Assembly: GCA_965214405.1 (NCBI GenBank)
Contig: OZ243956.1
Coordinates: 224,001-288,000, forward strand
Direction of reading: 5' to 3'
DNA from: Trueperaceae bacterium
GTDB lineage: Bacteria; Deinococcota; Deinococci; Deinococcales; Trueperaceae
Length of the DNA stretch: 64,000 nt
Shown here: piece by piece, positions 31,039 to 38,327 of the stretch
How the letters are laid out: every line of letters starts with the position of its first letter
Numbering within the stretch: position 1 is the first letter of the stretch
Made by a program: the position numbers and the translations under genes
The notes under the pieces: generated by a model
The model's database searches: none
Seen by the model: the letters and a program-made list of their open reading frames with translations, nothing else
What the model was told of the DNA's origin: nothing

Positions 31039-31202
31039 GGCACATAATCGTCCTCGTCAAAAGGTTCTGACAGCGCCTCCACCTCATCGGGCGCGGGGTC
31101 GTCTTCGGGCAAGGTGAGGTCGGCGATAAACCGCTCCACCCGCCTCAGCTCCGCCTCGCTCAGCCGCTCGAGGTCTCTATACAACTTTTATATGAGGGTC
31201 AT
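31014..31202 (-). pseudogene. Cognate acidic antitoxin with an in-frame stop
   Basis: MTLI*KLYRDLERLSEAELRRVERFIADL...DDYVPW; TAA at 31188-31190; overlaps the toxin start. Confidence 0.7.
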
Positions 31203-31221
31203 GAGTCATTTTAGCACGGTA

Positions 31222-31340
31222 GCTCGAGCCCCCACCCCACCAAACTCCGTTAAAGCCCGTAAAGCCTGTGAATCATTAAAAGGCGTTGGGTAGATGTGAG
31301 CCTGATAAAGCGTCCGGCGGTTTTGGGGCGGGGCTCGAGT
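31222..31340 (+). repeat. CTCGAG-based spacer repeat block 2
   Basis: CTCGAGCCCCCACCCCACCAAACT...GCCTGATAAAGCGTCCGGCGGTTTTGGGG. Confidence 0.85.
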
Positions 31341-31394
31341 CGGGTGTTGAGGGATAGAGAACACCTCACTTTCGTGCTGGGGTACACTAAGCCC

Positions 31395-31712
31395 ATGTGC
31401 GAAAGGGAGCAACCACCGCTCGAACTTCAGCGCGCCGCCGAATGTGTGGGACGCGCCACGGGCGCAGAGGCCGTCATCTTGTTTGGGTCGTTCGCTCGCC
31501 GTCAAGAGGACGAAAACAGCGATATAGACCTTCTATACATCGTTCCTGATGATGCCGACCTCATGACGTTAGCCGCCTTGGCCGAGCGTTCTTTGTGGCC
31601 CCGACACCTGCCCATAGACCTCGTTCCCATGCGCCGCAGCCACTGGCTCGAGGGTCGCTCCTCTTTGGCAAGACGCGCGGCGCAAGAGGGCGTCGTGCTA
31701 TATGCCACCTGA
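31395..31712 (+). CDS. MNT minimal nucleotidyltransferase antitoxin
   Basis: ILFGSFAR...SDIDLL; TACACT 6 nt before ATG. Confidence 0.9.
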   Translation: MCEREQPPLELQRAAECVGRATGAEAVILFGSFARRQEDENSDIDLLYIVPDDADLMTLAALAERSLWPRHLPIDLVPMRRSHWLEGRSSLARRAAQEGVVLYAT

Positions 31713-32094
31713 CCAGCGGGAGGCGCTACGCTGGGCTGCCTACGCCGAGGAGGATTATGAATACGCCCTGCTCGGGCTCCAGACCCACCCCAGAAACGCC
31801 GGTTGGGACTTTCACCAAGCCGCCGAAAAGTATCTCAAGGCGGCGCTGCTTAACGTTGGGCAGGAGCTCCCTCGCACCCACGACTTACTAAGGCTCCTGA
31901 GTCTCCTCGCGCCCGAACTTCCGAGTGACGACGAACGCGTCATCGCGGCCAGCACCCTGGCCCTCTTCGGCGTGGCGAGCCGCTACCCCGGTGATCTGCC
32001 CGAGGTGAGCGTAGAAGACGCCAAACGCGCTCAAAGCGCCGCTCTAACACTGCGGACGTTCGCAAGGTCGAAGGGGTTGCCGAATGAAGTTTAG
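31702..32094 (+). CDS. HEPN domain toxin
   Basis: HQAAEKYLKA, RTHDLLRL, SRYPG. Confidence 0.9.
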   Translation: MPPDQREALRWAAYAEEDYEYALLGLQTHPRNAGWDFHQAAEKYLKAALLNVGQELPRTHDLLRLLSLLAPELPSDDERVIAASTLALFGVASRYPGDLPEVSVEDAKRAQSAALTLRTFARSKGLPNEV

Positions 32095-32100
32095 GCACCC

Positions 32101-32226
32101 AGAGCCCCCACCCTCGAGCCTTGACCTAAAACCCCCACACCCAAAGCCCCTCGAGCCTATGCACTACCAAACGACTTTGGTAAGGCTTGAGCCTGATAAA
32201 GCGTCAGGTGGGTTTGGGGAGGGGCT
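32101..32226 (+). repeat. CTCGAG-based spacer repeat block 3
   Basis: Same modules; ends GCCTGATAAAGCGTCAGGTGGGTTTGGGGAGGGGCT. Confidence 0.85.
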
Positions 32227-32637
32227 TTACGCCCCATTCTCACCCAAGTCTCGAGGAACGCTACGCCGCTTGTCGGTGCGGTCAAAGTCCCGGTCAAAAC
32301 TGACCAGCGTCAGATTATACTTTTCCGCAACACCATACTGATACGCGTCGTCAAAATCCAGCTCGAACTTCTCTGCCGTCTCCGTTACGCGCGTTAGGTC
32401 ACCGTGCTCGAGGCCAAGAACAGGAAGACCGCTGGCCAATAAATCCTCTACCACCACCTGAGTGAAAACGGCGTGACGGTTCTTCTGAAACAGAATAATA
32501 CCCAACGAGTGAAGTGAAAAGTCAGAAATAGCGAGCCGTCCTACGGGCGTTCGGGCTAAAAATGCTTCAACTTCGCCCGCTCGCTCCTGGTCGAGTAGAA
32601 GCTCTAAAAAGAGATTGGTGTCAACTAAGTACGTCAA
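32227..32637 (-). CDS. VapC-like PIN toxin
   Basis: YLVDTN, LDFDDAYQY, SFDRDFD. Confidence 0.9.
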   Translation of the reverse strand: MTYLVDTNLFLELLLDQERAGEVEAFLARTPVGRLAISDFSLHSLGIILFQKNRHAVFTQVVVEDLLASGLPVLGLEHGDLTRVTETAEKFELDFDDAYQYGVAEKYNLTLVSFDRDFDRTDKRRSVPRDLGENGA

Positions 32638-32858
32638 CCCCCACGCCACCTTAGGGCTTCATGCTGCAAACCGACAGCGTCGAACTCATCTTTCATGTCG
32701 CTTAAAGCCCCCCGCCAACCGAGCTTCAAATATCCTTTTTGGTCTTGATGCTGGCCTCGAGGCTGCACCCGCTTTTCCAGCAGAAACTCAACGAAGTCCG
32801 CGACTTCTTTTTTCAAGTCTGGAGGCAAACGGCTGATGTTGTGCTCGAGGCTATCCAT
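32634..32858 (-). CDS. DUF2281-like antitoxin
   Basis: LPPDLKKEVADFVEFLL...WRGAL; overlaps the PIN gene start. Confidence 0.8.
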   Translation of the reverse strand: MDSLEHNISRLPPDLKKEVADFVEFLLEKRVQPRGQHQDQKGYLKLGWRGALSDMKDEFDAVGLQHEALRWRGG

Positions 32859-32923
32859 AACCAAGTATACAACACCCAAAAACGCATCTTACGCGGCTCT
32901 ACTTAACCTCGTAAAGTCAGACG

Positions 32924-33068
32924 ACTCGAGCCCTCACACCGTCAAACCTTGCTAAAGCCCGTAAAGCCCCCACACCGTCAAAGGGTGGTAAAGGACCCTA
33001 AGCCCCCACCCTTGAGCTTATGCACCATCAAACGACTTTAGTAAAGTTCTAAGCCCCACACTCCCCAA
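32924..33068 (+). repeat. CTCGAG-based spacer repeat block 4
   Basis: Tandem CCCCACACCGTCAAA...GTAAAG modules. Confidence 0.85.
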
Positions 33069-33147
33069 GACCAGACACCAGCCGATGTGGGAAAGGCTCG
33101 CGCCCTCACACGCTCGCAAAAAGCTTTATAATGTGCCAGAGGTTCGC

Positions 33148-33396
33148 ATGATTACCGACTATATCCAAGCCGCATTACGCCAAGCTCACTACGAAATCAT
33201 TGAGGACGATGAACCTTTCTACAGTGAAGTTCCGGGGTTGCAAGGCGTGTGGGCCACAGGTGAAACTTTGGAGGCTTGCCGCGACAATTTGGCTAGCACG
33301 GTCGAGGGCTGGCTCATCGTCAGGCTTTCGCGCAACTTGCCTATCCCACCGTTGGGCGGCGTGACGGTAAGCGTACCCGCAATGGACGTTGCCTAA
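33148..33396 (+). CDS. hicB: HicB family antitoxin
   Basis: YEIIED..FYSEVPGLQGVWATGETLEAC. Confidence 0.85.
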   Translation: MITDYIQAALRQAHYEIIEDDEPFYSEVPGLQGVWATGETLEACRDNLASTVEGWLIVRLSRNLPIPPLGGVTVSVPAMDVA

Positions 33397-33607
33397 ACTT
33401 ACACCCCTTTCGTGGCGGGATTTTGTCGGGCGCTTACGGGCGCTCGGTTTTGAGGGACCTTTTGAGGGCGGTAAGCACCCGTACATGGTGCGCGGCGAGG
33501 TCGTCTTGACCATCCCCAACCCGCACCGTAAAGATATAGGTGTGCCTCTCCTCTCGAGGCTATTGCGTCAGGCAGGAGTAAGTCGTGAGGAGTGGGTAGG
33601 AGAATAG
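33389..33607 (+). CDS. hicA: HicA family toxin
   Basis: LRALGF..GGKH..TIPNPH..IG..LSRLLRQAG. Confidence 0.9.
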   Translation: MPKLTPLSWRDFVGRLRALGFEGPFEGGKHPYMVRGEVVLTIPNPHRKDIGVPLLSRLLRQAGVSREEWVGE

Positions 33608-33609
33608 GA

Positions 33610-33761
33610 ACTCGAGCCCCCCACCCCCTCGAGCCTCACGCCATCAAACTTTATTAAAGCCCTCGAGCCCTGACCCAAGAACCCTCGAGCTTATGCACCA
33701 CCAAACGATTTTGGTAAAGCCCTAAGCCTGATAAAGCGTCAGGCGGTTTTGGGAAGGGGCT
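33610..33761 (+). repeat. CTCGAG-based spacer repeat block 5
   Basis: Four CTCGAG units plus AAGCCTGATAAAGCGTCAGGCGGTTTTGGGAAGGGGCT. Confidence 0.88.
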
Positions 33762-33771
33762 TTACGCATCC

Positions 33772-33993
33772 CTACAGGTTCAACCACTCATCACGACTAA
33801 CACCAACCTGCCTGATAATCTCGCGGATGAGCCCAACGCCAATCTCTTTGCTATGAATGGGTATGGGCACAATTTGCCCCGTTTTGAGGTTCACCATGCG
33901 CGAGTGACGCCCGCCCGGAAAAGGTCCCTCGAAGCCTAGTTTACGCAGCTTTTCAACCACCTCTCTACTGTTGAGAGGTGTGAGCTTAGGCAA
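33772..33993 (-). CDS. hicA: HicA family toxin (second copy)
   Basis: MPKLTPL..LRKLGF..GGRH..VPIPIH..IREIIRQ. Confidence 0.9.
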   Translation of the reverse strand: MPKLTPLNSREVVEKLRKLGFEGPFPGGRHSRMVNLKTGQIVPIPIHSKEIGVGLIREIIRQVGVSRDEWLNL

Positions 33994-34243
33994 CGTTCTG
34001 CTCGAGCACGTCTATACCGGAAAGTTTGGGGATGTTAAGCCCAAGTTGGAGCGCCAAGAGCACGTTGCCCTCGACCACGTCCGCGAGTTCCGTTCTGGCC
34101 TCCTCGACGCTCTCGCCCTGCGCGTAGAACCCGTCCGCGCCCGGCACCCGCGCCACCACCACACCGTTCTCGTCGCGCCCATACTCCGCAAGCTCGAGCG
34201 CTCTATTTACATACTGCCGCAAAGAGAACTGTTTAACCTTCAT
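33986..34243 (-). CDS. hicB: HicB family antitoxin (second copy)
   Basis: VVARVPGADGFYAQGESVEEA. Confidence 0.85.
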   Translation of the reverse strand: MKVKQFSLRQYVNRALELAEYGRDENGVVVARVPGADGFYAQGESVEEARTELADVVEGNVLLALQLGLNIPKLSGIDVLEQNVA

Positions 34244-34266
34244 GGACGTAAGTTTAGCATGTTAGA

Positions 34267-34390
34267 ACTCGAGCCCTCTCAAATCCCACCCGCGAGCCCC
34301 AAACATAATTCTTTGGTTATCTGCTCGAGCCCCACGCCATCAAACCTTGCTAAAGCCCTCGAGCCCCCGCCGCAAGCCTCACACCCTCAG
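34267..34390 (+). repeat. CTCGAG-based spacer repeat block 6
   Basis: CTCGAGCCCCACGCCATCAAACCTTGCTAAAGCCCTCGAGCCCCC. Confidence 0.8.
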
Positions 34391-34663
34391 CTAGCCGTAA
34401 GCACTTCCTCTCGGCAACATTTGCCGCACACGCACCAAACGCGCTTCTCTATCAACCTCATAGATAATCCTGTAAGACCCCACCCGCACGCGAAAAAGCC
34501 CCTTTAACTCCCCGCGCAACCCTTTAATGTCGAGAAGCGGGTGAAAGGGGTCGTCTTCGAGCTTGGTGAGCGCGTCCAAAAGGGACGTTTGTGTGGCCTC
34601 CGGAAACTGCCGCAGGGATTTACGCGCCCGGCCCGAGATTTCGACCCGGTAGCTCTTGCTCAC
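34391..34663 (-). CDS. relE: RelE/ParE family toxin
   Basis: YRVEIS..ARKSL...FRVRVGSYRIIYEV...PRGSAY. Confidence 0.9.
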   Translation of the reverse strand: MSKSYRVEISGRARKSLRQFPEATQTSLLDALTKLEDDPFHPLLDIKGLRGELKGLFRVRVGSYRIIYEVDREARLVRVRQMLPRGSAYG

Positions 34664-34908
34664 CCCGCCCGTTCGCTTCTCAACGCGTCGAGGGAGACGT
34701 AGCCATCCCCTTCGGCGTCTTTGATGTCGCGCACCTCCTCGTCGCTATAACGCTCATCATCGAGCAAAAACCCTTCTTGCAACAAAAACCGCCTGAGCGC
34801 CGCCTCTAAGACTGCGCTTTTGGACACACGCACATCTTGCGCCTTAAGATAATCCTCGAGCGCCTGACGCACCTCTGGGTCGGGCCGGGTAGAAATGGGA
34901 GTAGCCAT
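34660..34908 (-). CDS. RHH-type antitoxin
   Basis: ISTRPDPEV...VSKSAVLEAALRRFL, acidic tail YVSLD; TGnTACACT 6 nt before ATG. Confidence 0.8.
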   Translation of the reverse strand: MATPISTRPDPEVRQALEDYLKAQDVRVSKSAVLEAALRRFLLQEGFLLDDERYSDEEVRDIKDAEGDGYVSLDALRSERAG

Positions 34909-34939
34909 AAGGGAAGTGTAGCATTTGTTTACAAACGTG

Positions 34940-35040
34940 GCTCGAGCCCCCACCGTCAAGCGATGCTAAAGGACTCGAGCCCCCACCCCACCAAACTTTG
35001 CTGAAGGACCCTAAGCCCCCCCACCCCCTAAGCGCGTTTG
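34940..35040 (+). repeat. CTCGAG-based spacer repeat block 7
   Basis: CTCGAGCCCCCACCGTCAAG...AAAGGACTCGAGCCCCCACCCCACCAAACTTTGC. Confidence 0.85.
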
Positions 35041-35063
35041 GCAGCGCGTAGTATGATTGGCGC

Positions 35064-35357
35064 ATGATTTACGAGCCTCGCCAAGTCCGGTCCAAACTGC
35101 GAGAACACCGCCAGGCGTTGCGCGAGTTCGGCGTCCTCCGCTTGTCGCTCTTTGGTTCGGCGGTTCGTAACGAGGCGGGCGAGGCGAGCGACCTTGACTT
35201 CTTGGTGGAACTGACGCCCAAAACGTTTCGTAACTACATGGGCCTCAAGCTGTTCCTAGAAGACTTGTTCGGCCTTCCCGTTGACCTGGTGACGCGTGAG
35301 GGACTCAAGCCCTCTCTGAGCGAGCGGGTGCTGGGCGAGGCAGAGCGTGTCGCGTGA
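35064..35357 (+). CDS. MNT nucleotidyltransferase antitoxin
   Basis: LFGSAVR..SDLDFLVE..LEDLFG.PVDLVT. Confidence 0.92.
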   Translation: MIYEPRQVRSKLREHRQALREFGVLRLSLFGSAVRNEAGEASDLDFLVELTPKTFRNYMGLKLFLEDLFGLPVDLVTREGLKPSLSERVLGEAERVA

Positions 35358-35688
35358 TGTCCGTCTCTTTTTGAACGACATCCTCGAGGCCGTCCAAAAG
35401 ATTGAGGGCTACAAAGAGGAGTCATTAGAAACGCTTTTGCAGACCCCTATGAGAGCCGACGCCATCACGCTAAATTTACTCATCATCGGCGAGGCCGCCG
35501 GGAAAATTCCCGAACCCGCTCGAGCTTCGCACCCAGAAGTACCCTGGCGGCAGATAGTAGGCTTACGCAACGTGATTGCGCATCAGTATTTTCATCTTGA
35601 TTTAGAAATCATTTGGGACGTAATCGAGAACGAATTGACCACCCTCAAAAGAGCAGTCACCGACATGCTTGACAACCTCGAGCCCTGA
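35347..35688 (+). CDS. HEPN toxin (DUF86, HepT-like)
   Basis: IIGEA...VPWRQIVGLRNVIAHQYF (RxxxxH motif). Confidence 0.92.
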   Translation: MSRDVRLFLNDILEAVQKIEGYKEESLETLLQTPMRADAITLNLLIIGEAAGKIPEPARASHPEVPWRQIVGLRNVIAHQYFHLDLEIIWDVIENELTTLKRAVTDMLDNLEP

Positions 35689-35980
35689 CCTAAAAGCCCC
35701 ACCCCCAAACACCCTCGAGCCCCCACCAAACCCTGTCAAACCCCTCGAGCGCGTGCGCCCTCAAGCGACTTTGGTAAAACCCTCGAGCCCCACACCATCA
35801 AATGACGGTAAAGGACTCGAGCCCCACGGCGTCAAACGCCTTTGGTAAAAGAATCGAGCCCCCCACCCCCTAAGCACGTGCGCCGTCAAAGGGTGGTAAG
35901 AAGCCTTACGCTCCCACCTCCTAAGCATGTGCGCCGTCAAAGGGTGATAAGAAGCCCTAAGCCTCTACCCCCAAGCACGG
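35677..35980 (+). repeat. CTCGAG-based spacer repeat block 8 (longest)
   Basis: Multiple tandem modules; begins inside the last codons of the DUF86 gene. Confidence 0.88.
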
Positions 35981-36024
35981 TGCAAAAACGTTATACTTTC
36001 CTATAACGGTTAAAGGAGGACGCT

Positions 36025-36282
36025 ATGGCTTTGACGCTCAACATACCCGACGAAGTGTTGGAAACCATCAAAATCCCCAAGCGCCAAGTTGAACGCGAAC
36101 TGACTAAAGAAGTCGCCTTTGCGCTTTACGAGCGGCAACTCATCTCGATGGGCACAGCCAGAAAATTTGCAGACATGAGCAAGTGGGCGTTCATAGAGGG
36201 GTTAGCGGAACGCGGCATCCCGAGACACTACGAGGAGCGAGAGCTAGAGGAAGACGCCGCTTATGCCAGAGGTCATCAGTAA
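36025..36282 (+). CDS. UPF0175 family antitoxin
   Basis: AFALYERQLISMGTARKFADMSKWAF...ELEED. Confidence 0.85.
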   Translation: MALTLNIPDEVLETIKIPKRQVERELTKEVAFALYERQLISMGTARKFADMSKWAFIEGLAERGIPRHYEERELEEDAAYARGHQ

Positions 36283-36751
36283 CAGCTCACCCATTATTCA
36301 CTTAGCGAAGATTGGCAGGCTCGAGCTTCTCGAGTCTTTTTTCGGCGTGGTCACCATCCCGAGCGCGGTTTACGACGAATGCGTAACCCAAGGCGGGGGA
36401 CGTGAAGAGGTAAAAGATATTGAGAACGCATCGTGGCTCAGGGTTGAAAAAGCAAGTGACCAAAATCTCGTGACCTTGCTGCGTTCAGAACTCGACAGGG
36501 GCGAAGCGGAAGCCATCGCCCTCGCGCTGGAGCGTAACGCCGCCCTTATACTTTTGGACGACGCCGAAGGAAGGGAAAAGGCCCGGCTCTACGACCTGCC
36601 GATAACCGGCACCGTCGGCCTTTTGCTCAGGGCCAAACGAGAGGGTCTGTTAGGGTCGTTTGGTGACACACTTCTGAAGTTGCGCCAGAGCGGTTTTTGG
36701 ATGAGTGACGCGCTTGCCGAGAGACTAAGAAACGAAGTCGAAGCACTCTGA
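36263..36751 (+). CDS. DUF3368 PIN-like toxin
   Basis: VISNSSPII, LDRGEAEAIALA, LLDDAEGR, TGTVGLL. Confidence 0.88.
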   Translation: MPEVISNSSPIIHLAKIGRLELLESFFGVVTIPSAVYDECVTQGGGREEVKDIENASWLRVEKASDQNLVTLLRSELDRGEAEAIALALERNAALILLDDAEGREKARLYDLPITGTVGLLLRAKREGLLGSFGDTLLKLRQSGFWMSDALAERLRNEVEAL

Positions 36752-36789
36752 GGATGGTCAGGAGAGTTACCGTTATATCTACATGAGTG

Positions 36790-37050
36790 ACTCGAGCCCC
36801 ACCCTCGAGCCCCAAACGCACACGGTTTGGTAAAAGCCTCGAGCCCCACACCGTCAAATAATGTAAAGGACTCGAGCCTATCCTCGAGCGTTACGGCGTC
36901 AAACGCCTTTGGTAAAAGACTCGAGCCCCCACACCACCAAACTTTGCTAAAGGACTCGAGCCCCCACCCTCGAGCGTTACGGCGTCAAACGCCTTTGGTA
37001 AAAGACTCGAGCCTGATAGAGCGTTAGGTGGTTTTGGGGAGGGGCTCGAG
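36790..37050 (+). repeat. CTCGAG-based spacer repeat block 9
   Basis: Many CTCGAG units; exact 46-bp duplication at 36882-36927 and 36968-37013. Confidence 0.9.
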
Positions 37051-37092
37051 GAGCTTACATTATATTAAAATATAATTTGTATGAATAAAAAA

Positions 37093-37122
37093 CAAGCCGC
37101 TTGGAAAAATCCAAGCGGCTTG
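37093..37122 (-). terminator. Intrinsic terminator of the major pilin gene
   Basis: CAAGCCGCTTGGA/TCCAAGCGGCTTG 13-bp stem with U-tract on the minus strand. Confidence 0.85.
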
Positions 37123-37155
37123 AGTATAATCTGACTGGTAAGTTGTAGCTTATCC

Positions 37156-37569
37156 TTAACCGCCAGCAGCAGCCCCGACAGCGGTGATAGCAGTGGCACC
37201 TTCAACAATTCTGTAGCCATCATAGGAGAAGAACGTGCCGGTGCCTTTGGTTTGGGCATTGATGATGTACTGATCAGCGGCAGCGAAGTAAGTAACTACA
37301 GCGCTGTCAGCAACGGTGCCAGCGGGCTCTGCATTACCAGTTAATGCAACGCAGCTAGTTTCTGTAGGCAAAGCTTGCGATACGGTGTTGCGGTTGGTCT
37401 CAACAGCGGTAATACAGTTACGGACGTAAGCCTGCGTTGCGCTTTCGTTCGCACGGTTACGGGCCGAGAGGAGGTTCGGAATAAGAACCGCCGCGAGGAT
37501 GCCGATGATTGCGATGACAATCAGCAGCTCGATGAGGGTGAAGCCTTTGTTGCTTTTGTTGTTGCGCAT
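37156..37569 (-). CDS. pilA: Type IV pilin (PilA4-like major pilin)
   Basis: KG|FTLIELLIVIAIIGILAAVLIPNLLSAR. Confidence 0.92.
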   Translation of the reverse strand: MRNNKSNKGFTLIELLIVIAIIGILAAVLIPNLLSARNRANESATQAYVRNCITAVETNRNTVSQALPTETSCVALTGNAEPAGTVADSAVVTYFAAADQYIINAQTKGTGTFFSYDGYRIVEGATAITAVGAAAGG

Positions 37570-37890
37570 GATGCGCTCCGTTCTTGAGCACCCAGAAGAG
37601 ATATGGGATAATACGGGGTGCTCGGATGAGTTCGACTTGGGGTTTGCGCTTGGCAGTCCCTTTCGTCTAAAGATGATTATGGACCCTGGCGGGGCAACGC
37701 GCTGTTGAAAAGCGCACGGGCTGGTGGGGGTATTTTTCACATCAGGGACGGTGTTTAAGCGTCACGGGGGGATTCATGAAATTTTCAGGGAGGTAGGGAG
37801 TAGAGAGGTGGGGAGAAAAGCCTAAACCTCCCTATCGCCCCCGCACCCTACCTCCTCAGCCTTTTGTTAAGAAGCGCGTATAATCGGGTC

Positions 37891-38208
37891 ATGACTCGAG
37901 ACGCACATCTGTTGGAGCGCGTGACCGCGCAACCGAGTTTGATGGTTGGCAAGCCGACGTTTTAGCGGTTTCCGTTTATACTGGGTCCATCAGCGCAGGC
38001 ATCATCTCTCGAGCTACGTCCTACACAGCATACATGAACTGAGTTCGTCTCAAACCAGATGATACCTGCTACACGGGGCTTACGCATCACCGTGGCGCAG
38101 GTTCTCATGGCCCTGGCGCACGGGGTGAGCGAGGACGCGCTTTTGGCGGATCTTCCGGAACTTGAACGCGATGACATCCGGGCGGCGCTGCTTTGGGCTG
38201 GGTTGTAG
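37891..38208 (+). pseudogene. DUF433 antitoxin-like gene interrupted by a ~111-bp insertion
   Basis: MTRDAHLLERVTAQPSLMVGKPT [insert with TAG] RGLRITVAQVL...DDIRAALLWA; the two halves are in frame. Confidence 0.85.
37962..38073. mobile_element. MITE-like insertion
   Basis: Splits DUF433; internal inverted repeat GCAGGCATCATCT/AGATGATACCTGC; related copy at 49481-49561. Confidence 0.65.
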
Positions 38209-38221
38209 GAGGGTCGTGGTG

Positions 38222-38294
38222 AAATCCCCCCTGGCCCCCCTTGTTAAGGGGGGAACAAAAAAGTCCCCCTTAATAAGGGGGATTTAGGGGGATC
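38222..38294. repeat. Double-hairpin short dispersed repeat
   Basis: CCCCCCTTGTTAAGGGGGG and AAAGTCCCCCTTAATAAGGGGGATTTAGGGGGATC. Confidence 0.75.
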
Positions 38295-38327
38295 AGCTTT
38301 TCAGCGGCAAACCTTTTCAGCCGCGCA

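Noticed and set aside
32084..32341. ORFs reading through repeat blocks (also 36827-37027, 33971-34507, 30751-30984)
   Set aside because: Pro-rich translations of repeats or antisense shadows of TA genes, with no recognisable domain.
30664..37050. Array spacer repeats as a CRISPR array
   Set aside because: Units are degenerate, variable in length and tandem without unique fixed-length spacers, and they flank whole operons.
30664..37050. Array spacer repeats as classical integron attC sites
   Set aside because: No RYYYAAC/GTTRRRY boxes seen, no intI gene, and the blocks are tandem mosaics rather than single imperfect palindromes.
37570..37740. Possible c-di-GMP riboswitch upstream of the pilin genes (also 30120-30200)
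   Set aside because: Only scattered short motifs (GCAAACC, GGGACGC), not in the order or pairing required; needs an Rfam scan.
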